Assembly (NCBI GenBank): GCA_951406725.2
Contig: OX597816.1
Coordinates: forward strand, 23,374,001-23,438,000
From: Octopus vulgaris
Lineage: Eukaryota
Length of the DNA stretch: 64,000 nucleotides
Direction: 5' to 3'
The notes under the pieces were generated by a model. That model saw only the letters and a list, made by a program, of their open reading frames with translations. It was not told the DNA's origin and made no database searches. The position numbers and the translations under genes were made by a program. Positions 53,401-64,000 of the stretch are shown piece after piece (within the stretch, counting starts at the first letter, position 1; each line of letters starts with the position of its first letter).

Positions 53401-53468
53401 GTTTCAAATTTTGCCACAAGGGCACCACTTTGAGAGAGGGGATAAATCGGTTCTGTCAACTCGCTGCC

Positions 53469-53519
<51 letters not shown>

Positions 53520-53587
53520 GTTTCAAATTTTGCCACAAGGGCACCATTTTGAGAGAGGGGATAAATCGGTTCTGTCAACTCGCTGCC

Positions 53588-53656
<69 letters not shown>

Positions 53657-53721
53657 GTTTCAAATTTTGCCACAAGGGCACCATTTATAGAGAGATAAAT
53701 AGGTTCTGTCAACTCGCTGCC

Positions 53722-53760
<39 letters not shown>

Positions 53761-53846
53761 GTTTCAAATTTTGCCACAAGGGCACCATTTTGAGAGAGGG
53801 GATAAATCGGTTCTGTCAACTCGCTGCCTTAATAATAATAATAATA
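52944..53846 (-). repeat. Tandem array of 8 mini-SINE B units (~71 bp) separated by variable (AAT)n
   Basis: Unit GGTTTCAAATTTTGCCACAAGGGCACC..GGTTCTGTCAACTCGCTGCCTT; on minus this is a SINE B head fused to a SINE B short tail. Confidence 0.9.
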
Positions 53847-53867
53847 AGAAGAAGAAGAAGAAGAAGA

Positions 53868-54185
53868 AGAAAAAACTTTCAAAATACAAAGACCTGGAAA
53901 TAGAGGTAACCAGAATGTGGAATCTAAAAACAGAAACAATTCCTATCATAGTAGGTGCATTAGGCATGATAAAAAAATATTCAGACAAATACATAACAAA
54001 AACACCAGGACTTACAAACACATATAACATACAGAAAATTGCACTACTAGGCACAGCACACATCCTACGCAGAACACTTTCCATACAATAACCATCAGAG
54101 CATCACAACAAATCACAGCACATACCCAAGGCACACAGAGCTGCGCTCGGTAGTGAAGTGAAAGCACGCTATAAAAATAAAACTA

Positions 54186-54189
<4 letters not shown>
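53868..54189 (+). mobile_element. 3' end of an R4/Dong-clade non-LTR retrotransposon inserted in (TAA)n
   Basis: KLSKYKDLEIEVTRMWNLKTETIPIIVGALG...IQKIALLGTAHILRR (C-terminus of a restriction-like endonuclease domain); (TAA)n on both sides. Confidence 0.88.
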
Positions 54190-54236
<47 letters not shown>

Positions 54237-54931
54237 CCTTTCTAATATAGTCACAAGGTGAGGAGGCTAGTCGATTAGATCGACTCCACTACGCAACTGG
54301 TACTTAGTTTATCGACGCCGAAAGGATGACCTCGGCGGAATTTGAACTCAGAACGTAGCGACGGGCGAAGTACCCTTACGCAATTCATCCAGCGCGCTAA
54401 TGATTCTGCCAGCTGGCCACATTAAAATAATAATAATAATAATAATAATTCTTTCTACTGTTGGCGTCAAGTTTTGGGGGAAGGACTAGTCGATTGAATC
54501 GACCCCTAGCATTTGACTGGTACTTATTTCATCAACCGCCAAAGGAAAAGAGTGAAACACGACTTCGGTGGCATTTGAAATCAAATCGTAACGACGGACC
54601 AAATGTCGCTAAGCATTTTTGTCCGACGTGCTAATTATTTTCGCAACTCGCCAATTTCTTGATTCAAAGTTTAGCACAAGATCAGCAGTTTTAATCAGAG
54701 GGGGTTAGTCGATAACATCGACAGTACTATCTGACTAGTCCTTTTTTTATCGAATCCCGACATAATGTAGAGCACTGGCCTTTTCGGTGGCAGTTGCTTT
54801 TATCCCATTTGGGGTTGATAAAATAAGTACCAGCTGAGTTATATTTCTTTGTCTACACTGATACGTCTCAACCGTCACACATATATAAATTAATATGTAT
54901 ACGAATATATATAATCAGGAGTGTAGTATAT

Positions 54932-55693
54932 TTTCTACTCTAGGCACAAGGCCCGGAATTTTTGCGGTGGGGTAGTCGTTTAGATCGACCAAAGTGCACA
55001 TTTGGTACTTAATTTAGCGACCAGGAAAAGATAAAAGTCAAAATCTACCTCGGCGAAATTTGAACTCAGAATATAAACACAGACGAAATACCAATTTCTT
55101 TACTACCCACAAGGGGCTAAACACAGAGGGGACAAACAAGGACAGACAAACGGATTAAGTCGATTATATCGACCCCAGTGCGTAACTGGTACTTATTTAA
55201 TCGACCCCGAAAGGATGAAAGGCAAAGTCGACCTCGGCGGAATTTGAACTTAGAAGGTAGCGGCAGACGAAATACCTATTTCTTTACTACCCACAAGGGG
55301 TTAAACACAGAGGGGACAAACAAGGACAGACAAACGGATTAAGTCGATTATATCGATCCCAGTGCGTAACTGGTACTTATTTACTCGACCCCGAAGGGAT
55401 GAAAGGCAAAGTCGACCTCGGCGGGATTTGAACTTAGAAGGTAGCGGCAGACGAAATACCTATTTCTTTACTACCCACAAGGGGTTAAACACAGAAGGGA
55501 CAAACAAGGACAGACAAACGGATTAAGTCGATTATATCGATCCCAGTGCGTAACTGGTACTTATTTAATCGACCCCGAAAGGATGATAGGCAGAGTCGAC
55601 CTCCGCGGAATTTGAACTCAGAACGTAACGGCTAGACGAAATACGGCTACGCATTTCGCCCGGCGTGCTAACGTTTCTACGAGCTCGCCGCCT
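54932..55693 (-). mobile_element. SINE family B tetramer (head, three young bodies, one old body)
   Basis: Repeated junction GACGAAATACC(T/A)ATTTCTTTAC; imperfect TSD AG(G/A)AG(T/C)GTAGTATATT. Confidence 0.88.
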
Positions 55694-55883
55694 TAGAAGC
55701 GTAGTATATTCGTTATGTTAAAGCAAGATTTGTGTGACGGATGACATAACGTCGCTTATGTAATTGAGACAGATAAAGAAGTAACAGCTGTTAGCTAATA
55801 GAATAAACGTCTATTTTCTCAGTTCAATGCTCTTATTTTCTCAATTCATATACATATGTATGTATATATATGTGTGTGTGTGT

Positions 55884-55964
<81 letters not shown>

Positions 55965-56295
55965 TTAGATAGATAGATACATACATACATAGATAGATAG
56001 ATAGATTGATAGATAGATAGACATAGGTATATATAAATTTATATATATATGTGTGTATGCGTGTATGTGTGTGTGAGTGTGTGTGTATTGATACAGGTGT
56101 ACTTGTCAGCCAGGTGTTTGCACCTGAGTTCGCGTGTTGATTGCAACGTAGAAACTTGATCAGCTATTCAGAAACACACAAATATTGTTAACTTCACGTA
56201 AAAATTTGTGATATAATGTCAAAGTAGTATGTTTCTGAAAAGGAATCATGTGTCTTCCTCACTGCAATCGTTCATACATACACACACACACACGA

Positions 56296-56359
<64 letters not shown>

Positions 56360-56386
56360 CTATACATACATACATACATATATAAG

Positions 56387-56848
56387 TAGTTGAATGAATT
56401 ATCTTAGTATGGATAATTCGGTTAACCGATACCTGGGTAGCAAATTCACGTCAGAAAAACACGGTTGAAGCTACATGCCAAGGGCAGAGATCACCTGCTT
56501 TCGTGTGGAAATTTGTGTTTTTTTAATACAAATAAATGAAAGAATGGAGTTGAACGACGATTTAACAAAATTCCTTTATTCTCGACATATGTTTCGAAGG
56601 CTGCATATTCCTAATTTCGAAGGAATAAGGGGTGCTATGGACTCCGTGTGGGCAGCCATCTAAGAGTTTTTGTTCATCTTGATGCTGACATAAGTTCCTT
56701 GATTTTTCCTGATGAGAAGGCGGCATAATGCACCCCTTATTCCTTCGAAATTAGGAATATGCAGCCTTCGAAACATATGTCGAGAATAAAGGAATTTTGT
56801 TAAATCGTCGTTCAACTCCATTCTTTCATTTATTTGTATTAAAAAAAT

Positions 56849-56853
<5 letters not shown>
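56387..56853. mobile_element. Fold-back hammerhead element (arms ~56514-56635 / 56730-56853), tail on the left
   Basis: Near-perfect inverted arms; arm and tail homologous to the 37-38 kb element; microsatellite flanks. Confidence 0.9.
56695..56794 (+). ncRNA. Type-I hammerhead ribozyme, canonical core
   Basis: TTTTC-CTGATGA-GAAGGC...GCCTTC-GAAAC-ATAT-GTC-GAGAA; extended stem I TTCCTT/AAGGAA; GUC triplet at 56779-56781; AATAAA overlaps stem I. Confidence 0.9.
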
Positions 56854-56914
<61 letters not shown>

Positions 56915-56918
<4 letters not shown>

Positions 56919-57065
56919 AATTTAAATACAGAGAGGAAAAGGAAAAAGAAAAGAAAAGAAACAAACGTGTGGACGTATCGTAAGCAATTTTTTCATAAGA
57001 CGCTCAGAGAATAAATAGAGTACTAGTTTTATGTTTCGAGCATGGCTCTCCTTCGGGCATAGAAA
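56915..57065 (-). mobile_element. Penelope-like terminal fragment with decayed minimal hammerhead
   Basis: Minus: CCGAAGG-A-GAGC-CAT-GCTC-GAAAC-ATA, running out into (TA)n; resembles 21755-21882. Confidence 0.45.
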
Positions 57066-57639
57066 AGTCCATGACGAAGGAGGAAAGAAAATAGCCAACA
57101 ATCACATGCGGTTACATTTTGGAAGTAACCGGAAGTAGAAGGAATGAAAAGAAAATGCTTTCTGGAACAGGAGAGTGTGAAAATGATCAGTGTTTTTGTG
57201 TGATTGTGTGCTAGTGTGCGCGCGTGTGTGTTTGGTAGCCTGTGTATCTATGATAGCGTTTCTGTGCGTATGGTAGTGTGTGCGTGTGGTGGTACCTGTG
57301 TGTGCGTGTCTGTGTCTGGTATTAACTGTGTGTGTGTGTTTGTGTTTGTGTGCGTAGTCTGTGTGTGTGTATGTGTGTGTGTGGTAGGTTCTGTGTGCCT
57401 GTGTGTCAATGTCGCTCTGAGAGATCAGCGTCTATAGTGGCAGATATGTGAAAGGGTGGATGTGGGTTAATATGTTCTTGTATGTGTCTGTGTGAGTGTG
57501 GTTGTGTGAATGGGTGAGTGTGGTGACGTTTGTTTGTGTGTGTCTGTGTTGCAATGTGCACGTAGACGAAGTGGAATATGTATATGAGTATATATATATA
57601 TATATATATATATACTTAAGAAATGATCCTTAAAAGCAC

Positions 57640-57685
<46 letters not shown>

Positions 57686-57687
<2 letters not shown>

Positions 57688-58631
57688 GAGGTCTGTTCAA
57701 TAAGCATCCGGACTGTTGTCATAACACCCGAAGCTAAACCACGCGAAGTAAAGCCACTAGAGAAAGACTAACCTGGAACGAACTCAGCTGTGTATGGGCT
57801 TTAAGTTTTAACATTCTACTCACTTCTACTATTGATAGCAGTGCTTGAAGGAAGGTGTGTAGCGTGTGATTGTAGCATTGATCATGACAGAGAAAGTTAT
57901 GATGGCGATACCTGCTCAGAGGCCCGCGCAAAGTTGCATAAAGTGTATGGAGAGGAGAGTATGAGCCGCACGCAAGTGTACGAGTGGTTCAGACGTTTCC
58001 AAGATGGCCGACAAAAATGTCGATATTGACCAATATTCTTGGAGACCCTCAGCCAGCAGAAATGAAAAAAAACATCGTAGATGTGAGTGCAGCTGTTAGA
58101 GGAAATCGTTGAAATGCCATCCATGAATTATCAGGGATTGTGCAGATTGTCACTGGTTGTCCATTATCACTGAAGAGTTTATGCCGAAAACTGCTTTCAG
58201 CTGACAAAAAAGACACTTGGTATTCAGTTATTCTTTTACTCTTTTATTCTTTTATTTGTTTCAGTCATTTGGCTGCGGCCATGCTGGAGCACCGCCTTTA
58301 GTCGAGCAAATCGACCCCGGGACTTATAAAAGTTGCATAAAATCTTGATTGTGTCGAGAACCATGAAAAGTTTTTTGAAAACTGTGCGTAGGCCTCTGAG
58401 CAGGTATCGCCAAGCTCTTCACAAAATTTGATACCGAATTTCTTCTCCACTTTTTCTGTCATGGTCACTGTGACGACCATACGCTACACACTTTCATTCC
58501 AAGCACAACAGTAAACAATAGAAGTGAGCTAGAACATTAACATTTACTGCACATACTTAACAGTGTTCAAGGTCAATCTCTGCCAATGGGCTTCACTCTG
58601 CGTACTTTATCTTCGTTACTACCACATGTCC
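57686..58631. mobile_element. Mariner derivative with two inward-facing 5' ends; SINE A tail inside (58230-58327)
   Basis: Left TIR CGAGGTCTGTTCAATAAGCATCCGGA; plus-strand HTH LHKVYGEESMSRTQVYEWFRRFQDGR; minus-strand N-terminus MTEKVEKKFGIKFCEELGDTCSEA. Confidence 0.78.
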
Positions 58632-58772
58632 GACGAACGGGAAAGTGAAACTCTGAGTAACAGTTTTTGTGATAGTTTTGGTGCTTTTTAATAAAGCATA
58701 TTACTCTACCTCTGGTATTCGAATACTGTTTGGTTTTCCACCTTGTTTCGCATTTATGTGCTTACTCTAGAA
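58627..58772 (+). mobile_element. Penelope-like end with minimal hammerhead motif, fused to the mariner TIR
   Basis: TGT-CCGACGA-AC-GGGAAA-GT-GAAAC-TCTGA-GTA-ACA, then AATAAA (58690), then microsatellite. Confidence 0.55.
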
Positions 58773-58779
58773 TATGTAC

Positions 58780-58812
<33 letters not shown>

Positions 58813-58881
58813 TGTATGTATGTATATATATATATATATGTGTGTGTGTATATATATATATATATGTATATTATATACATG

Positions 58882-58911
<30 letters not shown>

Positions 58912-58912
<1 letters not shown>

Positions 58913-60045
58913 TATCTTGACTTCAGTAAAGCGTTCGACAGAGTTGACCACAATATTCTACTGTCAAAATAGTCAAATTTTGGAAAACGTGGATTGAATA
59001 TTTCCTGGAGAACATGTGATCGATAGAATCCACTCAATCCCAGGAAAAGTCATCAGTTGTGTCCCTCAAGGGACTGCCTTGGTCCCGCCTCTCTTTATAG
59101 TCTATATTAACGACATTTCCATGGTCATAAAACACAGCAAAATGAAAATATTCGCTGATGTCTCTAAGTCCAGAAAATTATCAATGAAGAAGAAGACCGA
59201 ACTGAACTCCATTCTGATTTAAATGCTATGAGTCAAAGGATAGACATAAACAAAATGCAACTAAACTAGGGAAAATTTGAGCTGATGCGTTTTGGAAGAA
59301 AGTCTATGCTAAAACAATCATATCTCTTCTTTTAGGAGAACCACTCACGGCATCTAATAATATCAGAGACCTAGGAGTAATTGTTGATAACAATCTCAGA
59401 AGCTAGTACGATGATCTCCGGGATCCTAAAAACTTTTCGCTCCAGAGAACAAGGTGTCATTATTCCACTTTTCTCCTCCTTTGTACGGCTACACCTCGAA
59501 TACAGCTTCCTCCTGTGGTCTCCCCATACAAAACAAACCATCTCGAAAACTGAATCACCCCAGAGGGCATTCGCTAAAGGAATTAAGGGCATGACTAATC
59601 TCGATTTTGCGGCCGTCTCAGAGCACTGAAACTCTATTCTCTCCAGCGCAATACCACCAGTATTGCTCAAAAAACCTCAACGTTAGCTTCAATTTTCATC
59701 CACGGCTAGGACCACAAGGATCCCTACCCAATTCAGGATCGCAACACACAAATACACTGCAGCAGAATATCTTTTCCGCAACAAACCTTGCCCCATTTAA
59801 CATTGTCCCGAAATAGATCAAAGAGGAGAAAGATCCCATCACCTTTAAAGGGAATCTGGACAAATTTCTTCAAGCAATACCAGATAACCCACCTAAACCT
59901 GGAGCAACTAACTCAACAAGAACTCCCTACTCGAATGGACCATGATACCACAGAACGTGACTTAAAATGAATTTAGCTAATTGTATCAGGTGGTGCTATT
60001 AAGTTAGTGATGGCCTGGATCAATCTTTGGCCGAAACATATCTAA
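58912..60045 (+). pseudogene. CR1-group LINE reverse transcriptase relic with 3' end
   Basis: YLDFSKAFDRVDHNILLSK; SCVPQGTALVPPLFIVYINDI; IFADVSK; FVRLHLEYSFLLWSPH; many stops and frameshifts. Confidence 0.92.
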
Positions 60046-60279
60046 GATATATATATATACTTAATCATTGTTATATGTTTTATCTTATATTTAATATTTC
60101 TATAATATGTAATTTTTCTAAATGGTCAAATTTAATTTTTCGTTATTGAATTAATAAAAGGTGGATTTTTTTCTAATTTATATATATATATGATATTTTG
60201 TGAAATTTGATTTAGTATTTCTAAATTGAATTTTTCCCTGTAAGTTTGGAATAATATTCCCTCATATTATATATATATA

Positions 60280-60336
<57 letters not shown>

Positions 60337-60768
60337 ATGTATGTATGTATGTATGTATGTATGTATGTATGTATTTATATATAAGTGTTCACACATCCTA
60401 ATTTTTATTTTTTAAGCTTTCGATACTTTGGTGTATCGCTGATCATTTCATTACAACCTGTTTGTCGCTTTGCTTTTTTTGTGGGAGGAGCACTGAAGCA
60501 AATAATTATGAACTTTATATCGCTCCGCTTTTATATTTGTTAATATATATTAGATATGGATTTTAATCTTATACAATAAACCTATATATTTATCACTAAG
60601 TCGAAAGAATTTTTTACACGTATTTTTTTTTTTTCAAAATCTTGCTTTCCCACAACTACTGTTAATTGTATTCTTAATTGCAATGTTGGATAATTAGGTT
60701 TAAGAAAACAAAATAAGCAGCACAGTCAATTATATAGTGCATGACTTCTTAGTGCAATAAACTGTTTA

Positions 60769-60802
<34 letters not shown>

Positions 60803-60877
60803 TAATCGCTGTCATTTGACCTGCACCTAAAGAAGGTTAACTTTTTATCGTGTTGTTATATTTCACAATATTTCACA

Positions 60878-60940
<63 letters not shown>

Positions 60941-60969
60941 ATACGCATATAAATATATGTATATATATA

Positions 60970-61017
<48 letters not shown>

Positions 61018-61190
61018 TGTGTATGTACGTATGTATCCGGCAGGTGCTAGTAGTAAAACAGTGAGAGTAAACATTGGGCTTTAATAAAGTAGATTTTCAT
61101 TGAATATTCTTATCAATAGTCTGCAATATTTAACAAAATTTGACAACAAAACAAGTATTCGGCAACAGCTCCTGCCCTTCATACATACAT

Positions 61191-61239
<49 letters not shown>

Positions 61240-61274
61240 CACACACACACACTATATATGTATATATATATATA

Positions 61275-61319
<45 letters not shown>

Positions 61320-61630
61320 GGATAGGGTGGCAATCCGGAAGAAACGTTAGCACCTCGGACAATATCATAAGCAAGATACTCTCCTGGTTTTTTATGTTCT
61401 GAGTTCAAAATCCGCCCAAGGTAACCTTGCGTTTATGTCTTCGGGTCGACGAAATAAACTACCAGTCAAGCACTAAGGTTGGTGTCTTAGACTTGAACCA
61501 TTCCCACAAAATTCTTGACCTTAGAACCTAAGATGGACCGGTACCCTGTTGATAAGGAAATTTTGCTATCTCGGTTAGTTATAAACCATGGAAGTGTTCA
61601 TTCAGTGTTCTATTCGTCCCCATGAGCTTA

Positions 61631-61671
<41 letters not shown>

Positions 61672-61683
61672 TATATATATATG

Positions 61684-62090
61684 CTAGCAGCATAGCCCGG
61701 CGTTGCCCGGGTATGTAAGAGCCCCTAGTAGGCAGCGACTAATCCCAATCTAGTTCTTTCCCTCTAGGGAACGAAGGCGCATGTGTAGGCTGCAATGTCT
61801 TCTCTTCACTCGAATACTTCTATGTATACGATTTTCCTAGCTGTCTTCCGACAGAAAATGTGTTGCATATAAAATGCTTAGATTCTCGACCCCATGTCGA
61901 ATTTATCGATATTTTTCAGAACTGGGGGAGCTTTTCAAAATGTTCGCTGCGTTAGTTTTGAATTATGACATTGGGCTATGTGTGTCAAGTTTCATCAGAA
62001 TCGGTTGAAAGCCGTGGTCAGGGTGAGGGTACAACCTGACAGCCACACAGACACACAGACAGACAAACTGCCGTTTATATATAGAGAGAG

Positions 62091-62091
<1 letters not shown>
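61684..62091 (-). mobile_element. Non-autonomous Helitron
   Basis: Minus strand: 5' TC start (TCTCTCTATATATAAA), (GTCT)n tract, 3' hairpin CCCGGGCAACGCCGGG then CTAG terminus. Confidence 0.8.
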
Positions 62092-62121
<30 letters not shown>

Positions 62122-62149
62122 TGTATGTATGTCTGTATGTATGTATATA

Positions 62150-63260
62150 TTCATTATTATTTTAACAAGAATAGTATTAATAGTGATTTCGATGTTTCCG
62201 AGTGCTAATCCATCATCAGATCGTGGTACAGATTAGGTTGCTCTTGGCTTTTTATATTCTTCGGGAAGTTAAAATTTTCTAGTTTAAACTGAGCTTTGTT
62301 GAATGATAATTATGTTGTATGGTGAGTTGCGATGGTAAAGTGTTTCGGTGAATTTTTTAGTAGGTATTGGGATGTGATATTTTTCAGAATTTATTCACAC
62401 ATGTAGATCTTTGTAATCAAGTCTATACATTTAGATGTTAGAGCAACCGTAACCACGAACATTACGCCACCTAATAACCTACGTATATGATGTTTTTCAG
62501 CAAACCAACACACACTCACACATTTTTTGCAACCCAAACACGAAAAATGATACCTTACTATCCAAATATATATGAACATTTAAACCAAGTAATACCGTAA
62601 ATCCTCGAGTATAGTCCGCCCTTGAGTATAATACGCAGGGGATTTTTAGGGGGCTGTACCTCTGAAAATCCTAAACCTTGTGTATAATACGCATCCCTTC
62701 TCTAACTTGAGTCAAGGAGGTCTAAATATCGTCTTTGGTTTCTAAAAATGTATACGGTAACGTACTTTATTATTATTGTATATAAGATATAATGCAAACG
62801 TGTAGCTTTTTTGTGCATTTTGTTTGCAGAAAATAAGAAATAAAAGTAATAACAGTAATAACGTTTAATAAATTTTGCTACTGCAAGTTATGGATGATTT
62901 AAGTTATTTTCGCGCCCGACATCACAAAATGCGTATGAATAAACATTGCCGGACAGTAAATAGAGACTTGAACATTGCTTAGAAAATAATTTTCATTTTT
63001 AACCTCGTTTATAATACGCACTAGGGATTTTGACCTTTAAATTTTTTGGTGGAAAATGCGAATTATACTCGAGGATTTACAGTACTCCATCTACATTAAA
63101 TTGGAAACTAATGTCACATGCACGACCATAAAATAGTAACAACAACCTCTACTGACTTTGTACTAACAAATCCCACCATAATTTTACATTCCAGAACCAA
63201 ATATTCTGAACCAAATCTCTGAATTAGTTGATGTTTCAAATCACAAAATCTCCTAAGGAG
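62150..63260 (+). pseudogene. Penelope-like retroelement relic: putative inverted pseudo-LTR piece (62150-62390) plus GIY-YIG endonuclease remnant
   Basis: After removing the MITE: RATVTT..TYV..HSHIFCNPNTKNDTLLSKYI*TFKPSNTPSTLNWKLMSHARP*NSNNNLY*LCTN..LNQISEL, resembling the Penelope endonuclease C-terminus; minus-strand GAT-CTGATGA..GAAAC at ~62185-62222. Confidence 0.68.
62595..63082. mobile_element. Tc1/mariner-superfamily MITE (Tc2/pogo-like CCGTA termini)
   Basis: TIR CCGTAAATCCTCGAGTATA / TATACTCGAGGATTTACAG; TA TSD; excision restores the Penelope reading frame. Confidence 0.88.
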
Positions 63261-63540
63261 AAAGTTAAAACTTTTCAAACCAATATTTTTTTATTACGGC
63301 TATGAATGAAAATACCTCACCACCTTCCTTCTTATATCTCCATCTTCATCATATACTACTTGTATAATGCTCATAAAAACTGATATTATAACTCTACAGA
63401 AAACAAATCCTACAAAAATTATTGAAGAGTTCCCAAATTTTCATCAAAAATTTCCCACAAAATTGTCTTTGAAAAATGTACACACACAAAAACACACATC
63501 CGGCTTTTCACATTTTAATAAATCTAATACATTGTAAAAT

Positions 63541-63822
63541 GGTGGAGGCACATGGCCTAGTGGTTATAGCATCGGTCGCGGGATCGCGGGTTCGAATCTC
63601 AGACCGGGCGATGTGTGTGTTTATGAGCGAAACTCCTAAGTTCCACGCAGCTCTGGCAGAAGGTAATGGCGAACTGCTGCTGACTCTTTCGCCACAACTT
63701 TCTCTCACTCTTTCCTCTTGCAGCTCACCTGCGATGGACCAGCGGCCCGTCCAGGTGGGGAACCTATACGCCAAGAAAACCGGGAAACCGGCCCTTATGA
63801 GCCAGGCTCGAGAAGGAACAAG
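63541..63822 (+). mobile_element. SINE family D
   Basis: Matches 10507; TSD AATACATTGTAAAAT. Confidence 0.9.
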
Positions 63823-64000
63823 CAATACATTGTAAAATACTCCCATTTGAAAACCAAATCGAAATATTTCCAAAAAAAAAGCAGCCTAAAAACTTTACCT
63901 TCCTCAGCATAAAATTCAAAATTTGTAAATAGCAATCAAATAATTTCCAGAACAATGATTCCCTAGCGACAAACATGTTGACTAATAGTATTTTACACCT

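Noticed and set aside
52944-53846. CRISPR-like look (constant repeat with variable spacers), also at 28404-28845
   Set aside because: Spacers are pure microsatellite of variable length, the 53-kb repeat derives from a SINE, there are no cas genes, and the context is eukaryotic

Overview
AT-rich, gene-poor eukaryotic DNA dominated by (TA)n/(CA)n/(TATG)n/(TAA)n microsatellites and interspersed repeats. The repeat repertoire suggests an octopus/cephalopod genome (inference, not verifiable here). I can support no intact host gene; nearly all listed ORFs are microsatellite or repeat artefacts. Recognisable content: four tRNA-derived SINE families (my labels A-D); mariner and Tc1 relics; three MITEs, two of which carry internal TTAGGG tracts; a non-autonomous Helitron; LINE fragments (CR1-like, RTE, R4/Dong); and a decayed Penelope GIY-YIG relic. 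Main observation: a recurring fold-back element made of long inverted arms set in (TA)n tracts, whose arms carry type-I hammerhead ribozyme motifs with a mostly palindromic stem III. Loci are about 0.8, 5.7, 24.2, 37.0, 39.3 and 56.5 kb, plus further single ends. These are best explained as Penelope-like pseudo-LTR derivatives; two of them carry a full ribozyme motif on both strands. Second observation: a SINE that repeatedly forms head+(184-bp body)n multimers through one fixed palindromic junction. All alignments were done by eye and boundaries are approximate.
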